DNA of 64,000 nt from the human T2T-CHM13v2.0 reference genome, Homo sapiens. Positions within the stretch are counted from its first letter, which is position 1. Each line of letters begins with the position of its first letter. The position numbers were made by a program, and so were the translations under genes. The notes below the pieces were generated by a model. It had not been told where the DNA came from and searched no databases. It was given only the letters and a program-made list of their open reading frames with translations. Shown here in pieces: positions 1 through 12,564 of the stretch. The stretch is taken from NCBI RefSeq assembly GCF_009914755.1, contig NC_060927.1; one strand, 5' to 3'.

Positions 1-486
1 TGTAGTCACAGAAAGAAAAATAGGTGAAAAAGAGACACGTTCTTCAGTGCATGAGAGACTCCCTTTGGTATCTCTCAGAAATGTGGAAGCAGAGGCTATA
101 GCACAAGCCTGGGTTATTGCTAGTAGCAAGACAGAAAATGAGGCTTGGGCAAGCTGTAGTTATAGTTACAATGGAAATGACTGGCCCAAGAGAGTGCTAC
201 AGATTACATAACAGCCACTAAGTAGAAGGACAGGCAGAAGGGGTAGGCAAGACATGTTCTCTGGCTGTTGCAGTCACCAAAAAGCCAGGGTACAAAGGCA
301 GGGAGTTATCTGAACTGCCTTCCTGGAGGGTCATGCATTTAGGATCTGACTCATTGATTCTTTTCCTTAATTTTGCTCTGTACATTTCTCTAAGAGGGCT
401 AACCAGTGTCAAGGTTTGATAATATCTGAAATGGTATTCTGGTACCAAAGTATCATCTCACAAAGTGTTTAGAAATTGCAAAAGAG

Positions 487-2521
487 GCTCCCTCTCCCTC
501 TCCCTCTCCCTCTCCCTCTCCCTCTCTGTCTCCGTCTCCCTCTCTTTCCACGGTCTCCCTCTGATGCCTAGCCAAAGCTGGACTGTACTGCTGCCATCTC
601 GGCTCACTGCAACCCCCCTGCCTGATTCTCCTGCCTCAGCCTGCCGAGTGCCTGCGATTGCAGGCGCGCGCCGCCACGCCTGACTGGTTTTCGTATTTTT
701 TTGGTGGAGATGGGGTTTCGCTGTGTTGGCCGGGCTGGTCTCCAGCTCCTAACCGTGAGTGATCCGCCAGCCTCGGCCTCCCGAGGTGCCGGGATTGCAG
801 ACGGAGCCTCGTTCACTCAGTGCTCAATGGTGCCCAGGCTGGAGTGCAGTGGCATGATCTCGGCTCGCTACAACCACCTCCCAGCCACCTGCCTTGGCCT
901 CCCAAAAAGCCGAGATTGCAGTCTCTGCCCGGCCGCCACCCCGTCTGGGAAGTGAGGAACATCTCTGCCTGGCTGCCCATCGTCTGGGATGTGAGGAGCC
1001 CCTCTGCCTGGCTGCCCAGTCTGGAAAGTGAGGAGCGTCTCTGCCCGACCGCCATCCCATGTAGGAAGTGAGGAGCGCCTCTTCCCCGCCGCCATCCCAT
1101 CTAGGAAGTGAGGAGCGCCTCTTCCCCGCCGCCATCCCATCTAGGAAGTGAGGACCGTCTCTGCCCGGCCGCCCATTGTCTGAGATGTGGGGAGCGCCTC
1201 TGCCCCGCTGCCCCGTCTGGGATATGAGGAGCGCCTCTACCCGGCCGCGACCCGGTCTGGGAGGTGAGGAGCGTCTCTGCCCGGCCGCCCTGTCTGAGAA
1301 GTGAGGAGCCCCTCCGCCCGGCAGCCGCCCCGTCTGAGAAGTGCGGAGCCCCTCCGTCCAGCAGCCACCCCGTCTGGGAAGTGAGGAGCGTCTCCGCCCG
1401 GCAGCCACCCCGTCCGGGAGGGAGGTGGGGGTCAGCCCCCCGCCCGGCCAGCCGCCCCGTCCGGGAGGGAGGTGGGGGGGGTCAGCCCCCCTCCCGGCCA
1501 GCCGCCCCGTCCGGGAGGTGAGGGGCGCCTCTGCCCGGCCGTCCCTACTGGGAAGTGAGGAGCCCCTCTGCCCGGCCAGCCGCCCCGTCCGGGAGGGAGG
1601 TGGGGGGCTCAGCCCCCCGCCCGGCCAGCCACCCCATCCGGGAGGGAGTTGGGGGGGTCAGTCCCCCGCCCGGCTAGCCGCCCAGCCCGGGAGGGAGGTG
1701 GGGGGGTCAGCCCCCCGCCCGGCCAGCCACCCCGTCCGGGAGGTGAGGGGCGCCTCTGCCCGGCCGTCCCTACTGGGAAGTGAGGAGCCCCTCTGCCCGG
1801 CCAGCCGCCCCGTCCGGGAGGGAGGTGGGGGGGTCAGCCCCCCGCCCGACCAGCCGCCCCGTCCGGGAGGGAGGTGGGGGGGTCAGCCCCCCGCCCGGCC
1901 AGCTGCCCCGTCCGGGAGGTGAGGGGCGCCTCTGCCCGGCCGCCCCTACTGGGAAGTGAGGAGCCCCTCTGCCCGGCCACCACCCCGTCTGGGAGGTGTA
2001 CCCAACAGCTCATTGAGAACGGGCCATGATGACAATGGCGGTTTTGTGGAATAGAGAGGGGGGAAAGGTGTGGAAAAGATTGAGAAATCGGATGGTTGCC
2101 GTGTCTGTGTAGAAAGAAGTAGACATGGGAGACTTTTCGTTTTGTTCTGTACTAAGAAAAATTATTCTGCCTTGGGATCCTGTTGATCTGTGACCTTACC
2201 CCCAACCCTGTGCTCTCTGAAACATGTGCTGTGTCCACTCAGGGTTAAATGGATTAAGGGCGGTGCAAGATGTGCTTTGTTTAACAGATGCTTGAAGGCA
2301 GCATGCTCGTTAAGAGTCATCACCACTCCCTAATCTTAAGTACCCAGGGACACAAACACTGCGGAAGGCCGCAGGGTCCTCTGCCTAGGAAAACCAGAGA
2401 CCTTTGTTCACTTGTTTATCTGCTGACCTTCCCTCCACTATTGTCCTATGACCCTGCCAAATCCCCCTCTGCGAGAAACACCCAAGAATGATCAATAAAT
2501 AAATAAATAAATAAATAAGAA
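487..2521 (+). mobile_element. Full-length SVA retrotransposon (young, SVA_D/E-like; subfamily not resolved)
   Basis: (CCCTCT)n hexamer head at ~488-545, Alu-like domain to ~900, GC-rich VNTR to ~1990, SINE-R ending ...gaatgatcAATAAA, then a (TAAA)n tail. Perfect 16-bp TSD AGAAATTGCAAAAGAG at 471-486 and 2522-2537, at a TT/AGAAA L1-endonuclease-like site. Confidence 0.98.
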
Positions 2522-2676
2522 AGAAATTGCAAAAGAGAAAATATACTTTACAATCCAGATACCTGGCAGTTAACCACATGATCAAATTTAGCATCAATGA
2601 CAGTAGGACAACTAGATATTGTATACCTCTTGCTGTAATATATTATGAAGTACACAACGTCAACTATGAAGCATTC

Positions 2677-2953
2677 TTTTTTTTTTTTTTTGAGATAGGG
2701 TTTTGCTCTGTCACCCAGTTTAGAGGGCAGAGGTGCAAAGCTCACTGCAGCTTTGACCTCCCAGTCTCAAGTGATCCTCCCACCTCAGCCTCCCTGGTAG
2801 CTGGGACTACAGATGTGTGCCACCATACCTGGCTGATTTTATATATATTCTTTGTAGAGATGTTGTTTCACCATGTTGCACAGGCTGGTCTTGAACTCCT
2901 GTGGGAGTTCTGCCTGAAAGTGCTGGGATTATAGGTGTGAGCCACTGTGTCCA
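2677..2953 (-). mobile_element. Alu (old, AluJ-like)
   Basis: Poly-T followed by a diverged antisense Alu body. TSD aactatgaag(c/t)attctt at 2662-2678 and 2954-2970. Inserted in old L1M 3'UTR-like sequence that also hosts the SVA. Confidence 0.9.
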
Positions 2954-3079
2954 AACTATGAAGTATTCTTGCCAAAATGAATTAACCTAAATCTAATCAA
3001 GCTTCTAGGCCAGAAGTATCCAATAGCAATACAATGTCAGCTACAGCTACATGTAATTTCAAATTTTCTGGTTGCCACC

Positions 3080-4280
3080 AAAAGCACAAAAAGAAAAAAT
3101 AGATAAATTGTACTACATAAAGATTAAATACTTCTGTGCATCAAAGGACACAGTCAACACAGAGAAAAGGCAAACCACTGAGGGCGAGAAAATATTTGCA
3201 AATTGATATTCATAATATATGAAGAATCCTTACAACTCAATAACTACAAAATAATTAACAGATTGAAAAATGGGGAAAGGAGTTGAATAGACATTTCTCC
3301 AAAGAAGATGTACAACTGGTCAATAAACACATGAAAAGACTAATTAGGAGGGAAATGCAAGTTGAAACCACAATGAGATCAAACACATTAAGTTGGCTAG
3401 TATAAAAAAAAAAAAAAAAAAAGAAAGTGCCAGGCACAATGATGCTGTAGTCCCAGCTACTCAAGAGGCTGAGGTGGGAGAATTTCTTGAGACCAGGAGT
3501 TAGAGGCTGCAGTGCACTAAGTGTGAATAGCCACTGCACTCCAATATGTGCAAAACAGCAAGACCCCATCCCTAAAATAAAATAAGATAAAATAAAATAA
3601 AGGCAACAAAAAATAACAAGTATTGGTAAGGATGTGGAGAAATGGGAACCCTTGTGCATTGCTGGTGGGTGTGTAAAAAGTATAGCTGCTCTGAAAAATG
3701 GGATGGCCATTCCTCAAAAAATTAACCACAGAATTACTATATGATCCAGCAATCCCACTTCTGCATATACATCCAAAAGAAGTAGAATCAAGGACTCAAA
3801 CAGATATTTGTACCCCCCTGTTCATAGCAGCATTATTTACAACAGCCAAAAAGTAGAAGCAATAAAAGTGTTCATCAATGTATGAATGGATAAACAAAAT
3901 GTGGCATATACACATAGTGGGATATCATTCAGCTTTAAAAAGGCAGGAAATTCTAACACGTGCCACAACATGGATAAACCTAGAAGACATTGTGCTAAGT
4001 GAAATAAGTCAGTCACAATAGCACAAATACTGTGTGATTCTATTTACATGAAGTACCAGAATTGTCAAATGTATAGAGACAGAAAGTAAAATGGTCATTG
4101 CCAGGGGCTGAGGAGTTAGTGTTTTACTGGATGCAGTTTCATGGGGTAGATAAAAAAGTTCTGGAGGTAGATGGTGGTGATGATTACACAACAATGTGAC
4201 TGTACTTAATGCCACTGAAGTGTACATTTAAAAATGGTTAAAATGGTACATTTTATGTTATGTGTATTTTGGCACAATGA
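3080..4280 (+). mobile_element. Old L1M (L1MB-like) ORF2 3' end and 3'UTR fragment
   Basis: Typical L1 3' motifs: gacatttctccaaagaagat, tatgatccagcaatcccacttctg, gctaagtgaaataagtcagtcacaa, aaaatggttaaaatggt. Confidence 0.85.
3429..3601 (+). mobile_element. Free Alu monomer (FAM/FRAM-like) inside the L1M
   Basis: gtagtcccagctactcaagaggctgagg...gtgaatagccactgcactcca followed by a (TAAAA)n tail. Confidence 0.8.
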
Positions 4281-4954
4281 AAACAGCTATAAAAGGCATT
4301 CTTGAAACAACTAGGGATATCTGATATTCTGGAATTATTATTACTTTTCTTAGGTGTAATAAAAGTATTGCGGTTATATACATTATATAAAAACAGGATA
4401 ATGTCCTTATTCTTAGGAGACACCTTCTGAACTATTTGGGGATAAAGTGCTCTGTAATATCTGCTCTGTGAAGACAGACCTTAGGGAGGCTTTTCCTCTT
4501 TATTATACTTCAGGCACCATACTTGGGTACCATACTCATCACATGACCCAGCAATTGCCTGGACTTTGCAGGCTCCAGATGGTCTTCCCACATGTTAACC
4601 CTCACAACAACCCCAAAGATAGGTCTTATAGGTCCCTATTTAGTAGGTAAGGAAACTAAAGTTCCAATGTTTTCCCAGGATCACTTGGTGGTACATCCCC
4701 GCAGGCCAACTGGAACTTGAAGCAAGCGACACAAGCTGGAGACTCTTATTTTCTCTACATGGACTGAAGTTTCAGTAAAGACTCAGTTAACACAGTAGAT
4801 TTTTCCAAGACTTTGGGGTTTGAAAGGTCACTGGGACAGGCCAGAAAAGAGGAAGCAGAAAACATATCAATTCTTAGAGTGTGATATGTGAGATTCTTCC
4901 AAATGATCTGTGGTCTGGGTCTATTGCCCACAGAAGGTTGATGGCATCCTGGAT

Positions 4955-5135
4955 AAGATCAGGTCTTCTAAAGCAGACTCGGGGTTGGAATTTTTGCTCC
5001 ATCACTTACCAGCCATGCTACTTGGGGTAAATTACTTAAACAATCCGAACCTTAGCTTCCTCATCTGTAAAACAGAAATAATAATAATATTTCTCATGGG
5101 GCTGCTGTGAGGATAAAATTAGATAATGTACCCAA
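4955..5135 (+). mobile_element. MIR fragment
   Basis: MIR core-like: ttacttaa...ttagcttcctcatctgtaaaacagaaataataataat...gtgaggataaaattagataatgta. Confidence 0.65.
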
Positions 5136-8100
5136 AGCTCTTCACACAGAAAAGCCTCCCCTGCTGGATCTCTCATGTACCCCCTGGATTTTCTAGCAGA
5201 GTGTGGCTTCTCCAAAACCTTCTCAAACAGCTGTTGAGAATCAATGTTTGTAATGAGAAATATTGCGAATGAGGAGCCAGAAAAAGTCTGACAGCCTTTG
5301 CAGCAGGGGGATGAGAAGGAGGTGGTTGTGTGTGTCCTCAGCTCAGTGGTAGGTACTGGGCATGTGGTAGGAATGAGAAAGTAAAAGTAGCTATTATTAT
5401 TAGGATAGTATCTATAACTTTTATTTTTTTGCATAAATTAACAATTTAACAAAAACCAGACATCATTTTTGTTGGTGCTTTACTAGAAACATTGCTGTTT
5501 TCTAATGACTTCTGGTAGTATTTCATTATTATTTTTTCTTTTTGGTTTTATTTTGTGTAAAAGGACTAAGTGAGATGGGTCTTTGCAATTTTTTTCTTTC
5601 CAATTGACTAGCTAGTCAATGCTCCTTTGGACCCCTGCCCACCCCCCTGAAAAAAAGGAAAAAGAACAAATTGAGAACTTATGAAACCACAACCCAGAAA
5701 CCTGAATGTTTTTCATTTTAACTTTTCTTGGAAAAAATTGATGAAAAGTCTGTGCTGTGGTTTTAAATGGCATTGGGATGCCTATCTCCTGTCCCTACTC
5801 CCAAGACCCTAAATGTGATTTATATATCCCTATTTTAAGCTAGTGCAGATTTATGAGACTTTAAACACCATGGATGGAGTTACTGGAGGTTTAAAGGGAT
5901 TAAGCAGGTCCAACAACACCTGGAGGTGTATAAGTTGTTTAAAAGATTTATCAGCATTTCCATGTTAAAATTCACTTCTCAAGGTTTCTCATATCGTGGA
6001 TCTAAATCTATTTTGGGCAGAGGAGTAAATTTTTAGGATGTCTCATAAATGGAGAAAAAAACCATCCCTCTATCGCTTCTTGCTTTGTTTTCTGGGCTGT
6101 GCCTCTGCCCCCTCACCTCTCTATCTTGCATGTCTAGCTAGTTCTGTCTCTGGGGTTTCCCTTCTCTCTGTTTCTGTCCTCTCTCAAGCAGTTGATCTCT
6201 TAGTGTTCCTCTGTGTTCACAAACTCAGCATCTGACCCATGAACCTAACAACAGCCAGAGAGAGCCAGAAGCTTTCTTGCCTGCCTTTGGCTCCTCGTGG
6301 TCCAGGGAGGGCTGCGGTGGGTGGGAATGCCTTATGACACAGGGTGACTAGTCTCTGTGTTTACACCAGGGGGAGCAATGACTCCGTGGCTGAGAGGGGC
6401 TGGCTAGAGTCTGGAGTTTCCAAGTGTCCATTCAAAGCAAAATACACAATTCCTAGGCAGTTAAATTTAGAAGACTCTGTATTGAACACACTTGAAAATA
6501 GGTTCAGGGCACAACATGGGCACACACGCTTTGTCATATTCTACAAATACTGGGGAGAGCCAACATTCTTCTCATTGCCAATAATTATGCTCATCAGCCT
6601 CCATGTCTTGCCTCTCATGTTTCTTCCACATCCCAGTTCTGCCTACCCTGACCAATCAGTGTGGATGTAGGGAACATGAACACATTTTAATATCATCCTG
6701 AACCAGACATCACTGGGAAGGAAATTGGAGAAACTAAAACCCTAGAAAAGACAAATCTAATCTACAGTGACAGAAAGCAGACTGCTGGTTGCTTGGGGCC
6801 AAGGTAGGGGCAGATCGGCTGAGATGGCACAAGAAAACTTTTTGTGATGTTGAAAGTATGCTATGCCTTGATTGTAGTGATGGTCACACAGGTATATAAA
6901 GTTGTAAACACTCACTAAAATCTACGGTGAAAATGGGCATAAACTATACCTTGGTTTTTAAATGTCTCTGTTGTACATTCATGCCAGCCTTTACCTCCAT
7001 TAGCACAGACAATAGGAAGTTGTGTGTGAATCTTAGAATGCTCCCCAATCCAGGGATGGTTGTTCAACCAGCCTATGCCATGTATCCATAGAGGGCACGG
7101 ATAATCCAAACCAGCAGATAAAACACCTAATTAGTTCTAATTGACTCTGGACTTATTCTGTGCATTTGCATTCCCTGAGTACAACCTGACTGATAGGAGC
7201 AGGGAGAGTAGGCAGCCAAGAAATGCGGCAGGGGACGCCAGATTAAACAATTACAAGGGAGGGACAATGAAAGGGTGACTGACCACGCAGATGATAAAGA
7301 ATTGTTGACTTTGTCATGAGAACCGCATATTGCTCAAAGCAATTGGTGAAGTGGAGCAGATGTGCATTAGAAACGAAACCAACCACCTGGAATGGTCATG
7401 GTCTCTGGATAACAGGAGCTTCATCAACTCCGTCTTTTCCACATCTCTACAATTTTGATATTACTTAAGTCAGGCACACTGCTCTATTCATTCTGACATC
7501 CGAATATCCATTTTAAAGTGGGCTAGGCTCACCCAGAGGATGATACAACTAGATTAAGAAATGAAGTGAAGGTTTAGAACATTGGATTTTTGTCCGTTTG
7601 TGTGACCTTCTGGAAAATCACTTGTTTCATTTATTTGTTCCTTTATTCCCTTATTCAATAAAATTATTGAGTACCTATTATAAATGAGGCTGTTTGCAAG
7701 ACATTGGTGATATATTGCTATAGGTGTCGTTTTCCTCATTTGTAAATGCTCATACTGGGATCCCTGGACTCTCCTGACCACGTGCTAATGGTGGGTAGTG
7801 ATGAGGTCAGGCTCTGAGACCTTCAGTGGTGCGCCTAAATGTTGAGGTTGCCTCAATGCAAAAGATAAGACTCTCCAACTTCATTGGTCTGTATCTTTTT
7901 AAAGGGTGGCTCCAGATCACTGAAAGCATCTTTGCCATGAAAATTCCAAGGAAATGAAATTAAGCATGTTAGTTTTATTTGTTGAAAATTTGCCCTTTAA
8001 AAACCTCCTGAGACCATTTTAAAATTAATTTCTTATTGCTTCAAAGCACAAACTCACATTTAGGTATGAACTAACATTTGATCTAGTGCAAGGCAGTAAA

Positions 8101-10252
8101 CTAGGGTTTTTGTCAGGCCTTTCTCCCTGATTTGCAGTGTTCCCTGGCACACCCACCCCCTCACTAAGCAAAATTTAGAAGTCAACAGACACAAAATTCC
8201 TTCTCCCTTGAAATCTTCTTCACACTTACTTTCAAGCATCCAAGATATACAAGCTCTTTCAAGCACACAAGGTCTGTTCCCTTCCAGGTCATCAAGTCAA
8301 CTCTCAGAAAAGAGTCTGATAGAGTGAGATTCAATTTCTACTCTGTCCATTTATAATGTGTGACCCATGGAAAGTTCCCTAGCTTCTTTGCCCTGTAGTT
8401 TATTCATCTGGTAGTGGGGATAACAATATCTACTTTGAGTTGTTGTCCACTTTAAATAAAATAATGGATATAAAAATACCCAGCCAATAGTAGAAAATCA
8501 ATGGTGGTTGTTATGAAAGCCTAGCAGAGGTGAAGGCTGGAGATTAGAGAGAAAAGTCTGCCATAGAGTGAGAAGTACTCCATGAGGAACCAGGACCTTC
8601 AGTCTTTGTTGAGTAGGTGGCTCCTATGGAAGGATAGGATCTTCAGACTGTTAAGCTCAGAAGTATGTATTATCTATCTGGGAGGACTGGCATTCTAAAA
8701 GGGGAAATAGGTCATCCATATGCCAAAAATGGGAGGGCCTGGCACCCAGCTATAGGAAGAATGAATATGGAAGAATGATGAAGAAAAAGTAATCTCCAGA
8801 CAGCTGTGGTGGCCATATCAGCAGATGCCACCATCAGATTACCTCCACATTCCCCCAGGAAAAGTTGACATTTCCTGGTCCTTTCCAAAGAAGGCACAGT
8901 CCCACCAACAGGTCAAAATTGGTATCACAAAGAGGGCTGAGAACCTGAAGATGGAGCATGCCTGCTGATCCAAAAACAACAGATAACTGGCTCCGGCTGT
9001 GATTAAAGTTGGTTGGAATTCACAGCCGGTAGAACAGTGACCACATTAATGAACTGAACTTCAGCTTATCCTCCTGTTCCAAAGTCCTTCTTCCCTCCAC
9101 ACTCACAGCCAATTGTACTATGTAGATTTATGATGTTAGCACCTGGAAGTGTTGGATGGCCTTGATTGCTGTTTAATAAACTCTAACGTGTGATTTGAAG
9201 ATATAGTTACAGGATGTAAACTGACTTTTAATTGCTAGGAACCCCAAATAAAAACCAACTACATTGTAGAGCTCCACATAGGCAGGGACAACATCTATCT
9301 TTTCTACTGCTTTATATCAAGCATCAAGCTCGGAGCTTCTTGGATGTCCAACCATCCTGGTTCACCTGGAGCTCTCCTAGCTTCAGCACTGAAAATTCCT
9401 GTGTCTCAGGAAACTGCTCAGTCACAGATAACCAGGGATGGCTGGTCACCTGGACTTGGCACATAATAGATGGCCAATAAATTTTTGTCAACCAAAAGAA
9501 ATGCATTAAATAAGTAGTAGAAGTGTAACTGGAATTGCAATGCAATAAATTATATTAACTACTTTGGATACAAATCGGTCTCTAATAGATACTGGTTTGA
9601 AGTTGAGTTTGATGAAACCAGCATACTAATTTGATGATATATAGACCAGTTTTAGACTTTCTATACCTTCTCATTTCTGTCCCTTCTTTTGACCTAAGTG
9701 TGTATATCTGGGCAATTAGCAACAGGGCCACACAGTTTCGAACTGTCAAAACATGGTCAAACATGACTAGGATTTCTAAAGTTATTTTTCTAATTATTAA
9801 CTTTCCCATCCCATCTACATAGAAGCCGGCTGCTTTAACATGATCCATAGCATACACTTGGGAAGGAAGGAGCATTTGTACAATCAAAGAAATTCAACAA
9901 TCCTTTACTGAGTGACTACTATGGACACTGTGCTGGGTGCTGCAGGGCATTCAAAATGGGTGAAAAAGGATACTTGCCCTTAGCAGCTCTCAGTCTAGGG
10001 AGAGGATGTATGAATAAACAGACATGAATATTTATGATATGAAGCAGAAGGGTATACTATTTTAATGATTTTAATTGTGCCCTATATGACTACGGGAGAG
10101 AGGGAGATTGATTTTGAGGCATTGTGGAACGTCCACTTGAAGGAGATAGGATTTAAGGTGGGCTTTGAAGGAAGTACAGGACTTCAAAAGTTGGCTATGG
10201 GGTGGGGAGAATTTCTTTCCAGGTAGAAGGGAGAGTAAGGGCCTGGGAATTA

Positions 10253-10770
10253 GTTGCATTAGGCCACTTGCTACAGAAACCTGACTACAGGGACTTAGCT
10301 AAACAGAGATGTACATACAAGAAGCCCAAGGCTAATGCAGAACTTCAAGGAGCCGTCAATTCTCCAGGCTTCTTTTCTCTTTCTGCTCCACCATCCTTAG
10401 CTTGTGGCTTTATTGATCTGTGTTCCCAAGATGGTTGCTCCACCTCAAGCCTCATGTTGTGCACAAGGCAGGAAAAAGGAGAAAGAAAAAAAAGTAGCAA
10501 AGAAAAGGAAGAAGGAAAGAAAGGAAGGAAGGGTGGGGAGAAGGTGGAGCCTGTATGAGGAGGGCAAAAATTTTCCCCAAATCCTTAGCAGACTTTTTAT
10601 TCAGTTATATCTCATGATAAGAAACAGGTTACATGGCCACCCTAGCTGCAAAGGAGTCTGGGCAGGTGAGCATCATAGCTGGACATATTGCCCTCCTGAA
10701 TATTATTGTAGTTCTGTTAGTAGCAAGGTGGGGCAGAATGGATTTGGGGTAGGTACCCAACAGGGTCTGT
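10253..10770. mobile_element. Old MaLR LTR (MLT1-type) remnant
   Basis: caagatggttgctccacc and catggccaccctagctgcaaaggagtctggg motifs typical of old MLT1 LTRs. Confidence 0.6.
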
Positions 10771-11146
10771 GCCTTTGAGCAGAAGCCTAGAGATGAGGAC
10801 AGGGCAGGGATTGCTGGATAAATGAGAGAATGAAGAGTAGAATCTTGTGCCTGGAATGGAGCAGGTGTGTGTGGTGTGTGTGTTTGCGTTTGTGTACATG
10901 TGCATGTGTGTATGTGTTGAGGGGGCAGGACAAGATGGGATGGCTTTATAGGTGTGGAGAGAATTCATCTGGAGAAAATAGTGGGAAAATATGAACCAAA
11001 TGCTAGAGATACATGGCTTTAACCTGTCTCTTTAATTTCTCTGAAAAAGCTCCAGATCAGCCTGTTTCATGTTTCATGAGATGGTGTTCATCCTTTACTG
11101 CCATCTGCTTCCCTCCTCAGTCTCATGTTATCAAGAACCTTGGATA

Positions 11147-11281
11147 GGCTGGGTGTGGTGGCTCATGCCTGTATTCCAGCACTTTGGGAGGTTGAGGCAG
11201 GAGGATCGCTTGAGCCCAGGAGTTTGAGATCAGCCTAGGCAACATAGGGAGACCCTGTTTCTACAGGGGGCAGGGGAGGGA
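11147..11281 (+). mobile_element. FLAM-type free left Alu monomer
   Basis: ggctgggtgtggtggctcatgcc...gagaccctgtttctac. TSD aagaac(c/t)ttggatag at ~11133-11147 and 11282-11296. Confidence 0.85.
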
Positions 11282-11729
11282 AAGAACTTTGGATAGTTGT
11301 ATTAAAAATGCCACTTTCAAACCTGTACCTTCATGTCAGTATCAGAAGATGACAGAAACACAGCTTTTTCTTTCTGTCAAATTTACCTCTTATCTATTTC
11401 AATTTTACATTATTGCTTATATGTTATACTGATTGAGTCTTGTATTTCCCTTGGGTACCGTACAATATCAACCTTTCAGCATGAAACAATTATGATTTTA
11501 GTTTCGTTAACTAATAATCAGGAGAAAAAATATATACAGAAACATGATACTAATCAGAAATATACATATATATTTGTCTATATATTTCTGATTAGTATTT
11601 ATGAATCTAAAATCATATTTTATACACAAACATACTCCCTCCTCCCCCATGTATATTTTCCATCTATAGCAGTATTTTTTTCTGGATAGATAGACATTGA
11701 GACCTTATTTTATTGTCAATATAGTAGTT

Positions 11730-12145
11730 TTCTTTTTTTTTTTATTATACTTTAAGTTCTGAGATACACGTGCAGAACGTGCAGGTTTGTTACATAGGTA
11801 TACACGTGCCATGGTGGCTTGTTGCACCCATCAACCAGTCATCTAATGCTATCCCTCCCCCAGCCCCACCAACCCCTGACAGGCTCTGGTGTGTGATGTT
11901 CCCCTCCCTGTGTCCATGTGTTCTCATTGTTCAACTCCCACTTATGAGTGAGAACAAGTGGTGTTTGGTTTTCTGTTCCTGTGTTACTTCGCTGAGAATG
12001 ATGGTTTCCAGCTTTTTCCATGTCCCAGCAAAGGATATGAACTAATCTTTTTCTATGGCTGTATAGTATTCCATGGTGTATATGTGCCATGTTTTCTTTA
12101 TCCAGTCTATCATTGATGGGCATTTAGGTTGGTTTCAAGTCTTTA
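11730..12145 (-). mobile_element. 5'-truncated L1PA 3' end
   Basis: Poly-T then tattatactttaagttctg...gcaggtttgttacataggtatacacgtgccatggtgg...ccagtctatcattgatgggcattt, the primate L1PA 3'UTR in antisense. Confidence 0.92.
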
Positions 12146-12390
12146 TAGCAGTCTTTTTGTGAGTCAGACTTGTTCTTTAGCTTGGAAATTTCTTTTGTAT
12201 CTTGGAGCAATTTTACTTTGGTTACTCTGTAAGCTACAGCTCTAATTAATTTTCCCATTGCTTGGCTCCAGTTTTGGTTTCTTTCAGGGCAATAGTTTCT
12301 GAAGATAACAACTATTCTGAAGAGTAGTTGAAGAACCACAGAGAGCCTATCAGTATTAGGGGAAGTTATAAGGTTGTGATTACTCTAAGT

Positions 12391-12564
12391 CAGGGGTCAG
12401 CAAACATTTTTTTAAAGTGCCAGATAGTAAATATTTTTTACTTTGCAGGCCAAATGGTCTTTGTTGCAACTACTCTGCCCTTGTAACACAAAAGTAGCCA
12501 TAAACACTAAGTAAATGAATGGGCACAGTTATGTTCTGATAAAACTTTATTTACAAGTCCCCTG
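12391..12564 (+). mobile_element. MER58A (hAT-Charlie non-autonomous DNA transposon), internally deleted near the 3' end
   Basis: CAGGGG...CCCCTG termini, MER58 body (gccagatagtaaatatttt...ataaaactttatttacaa), and an exact 8-bp TSD CTCTAAGT at 12383-12390 and 12565-12572. Confidence 0.9.

Noticed and set aside
465-2491. Long overlapping ORFs (up to 194 aa) at the window start
   Set aside because: They are translations of the stop-poor GC-rich SVA hexamer/VNTR/SINE-R sequence.
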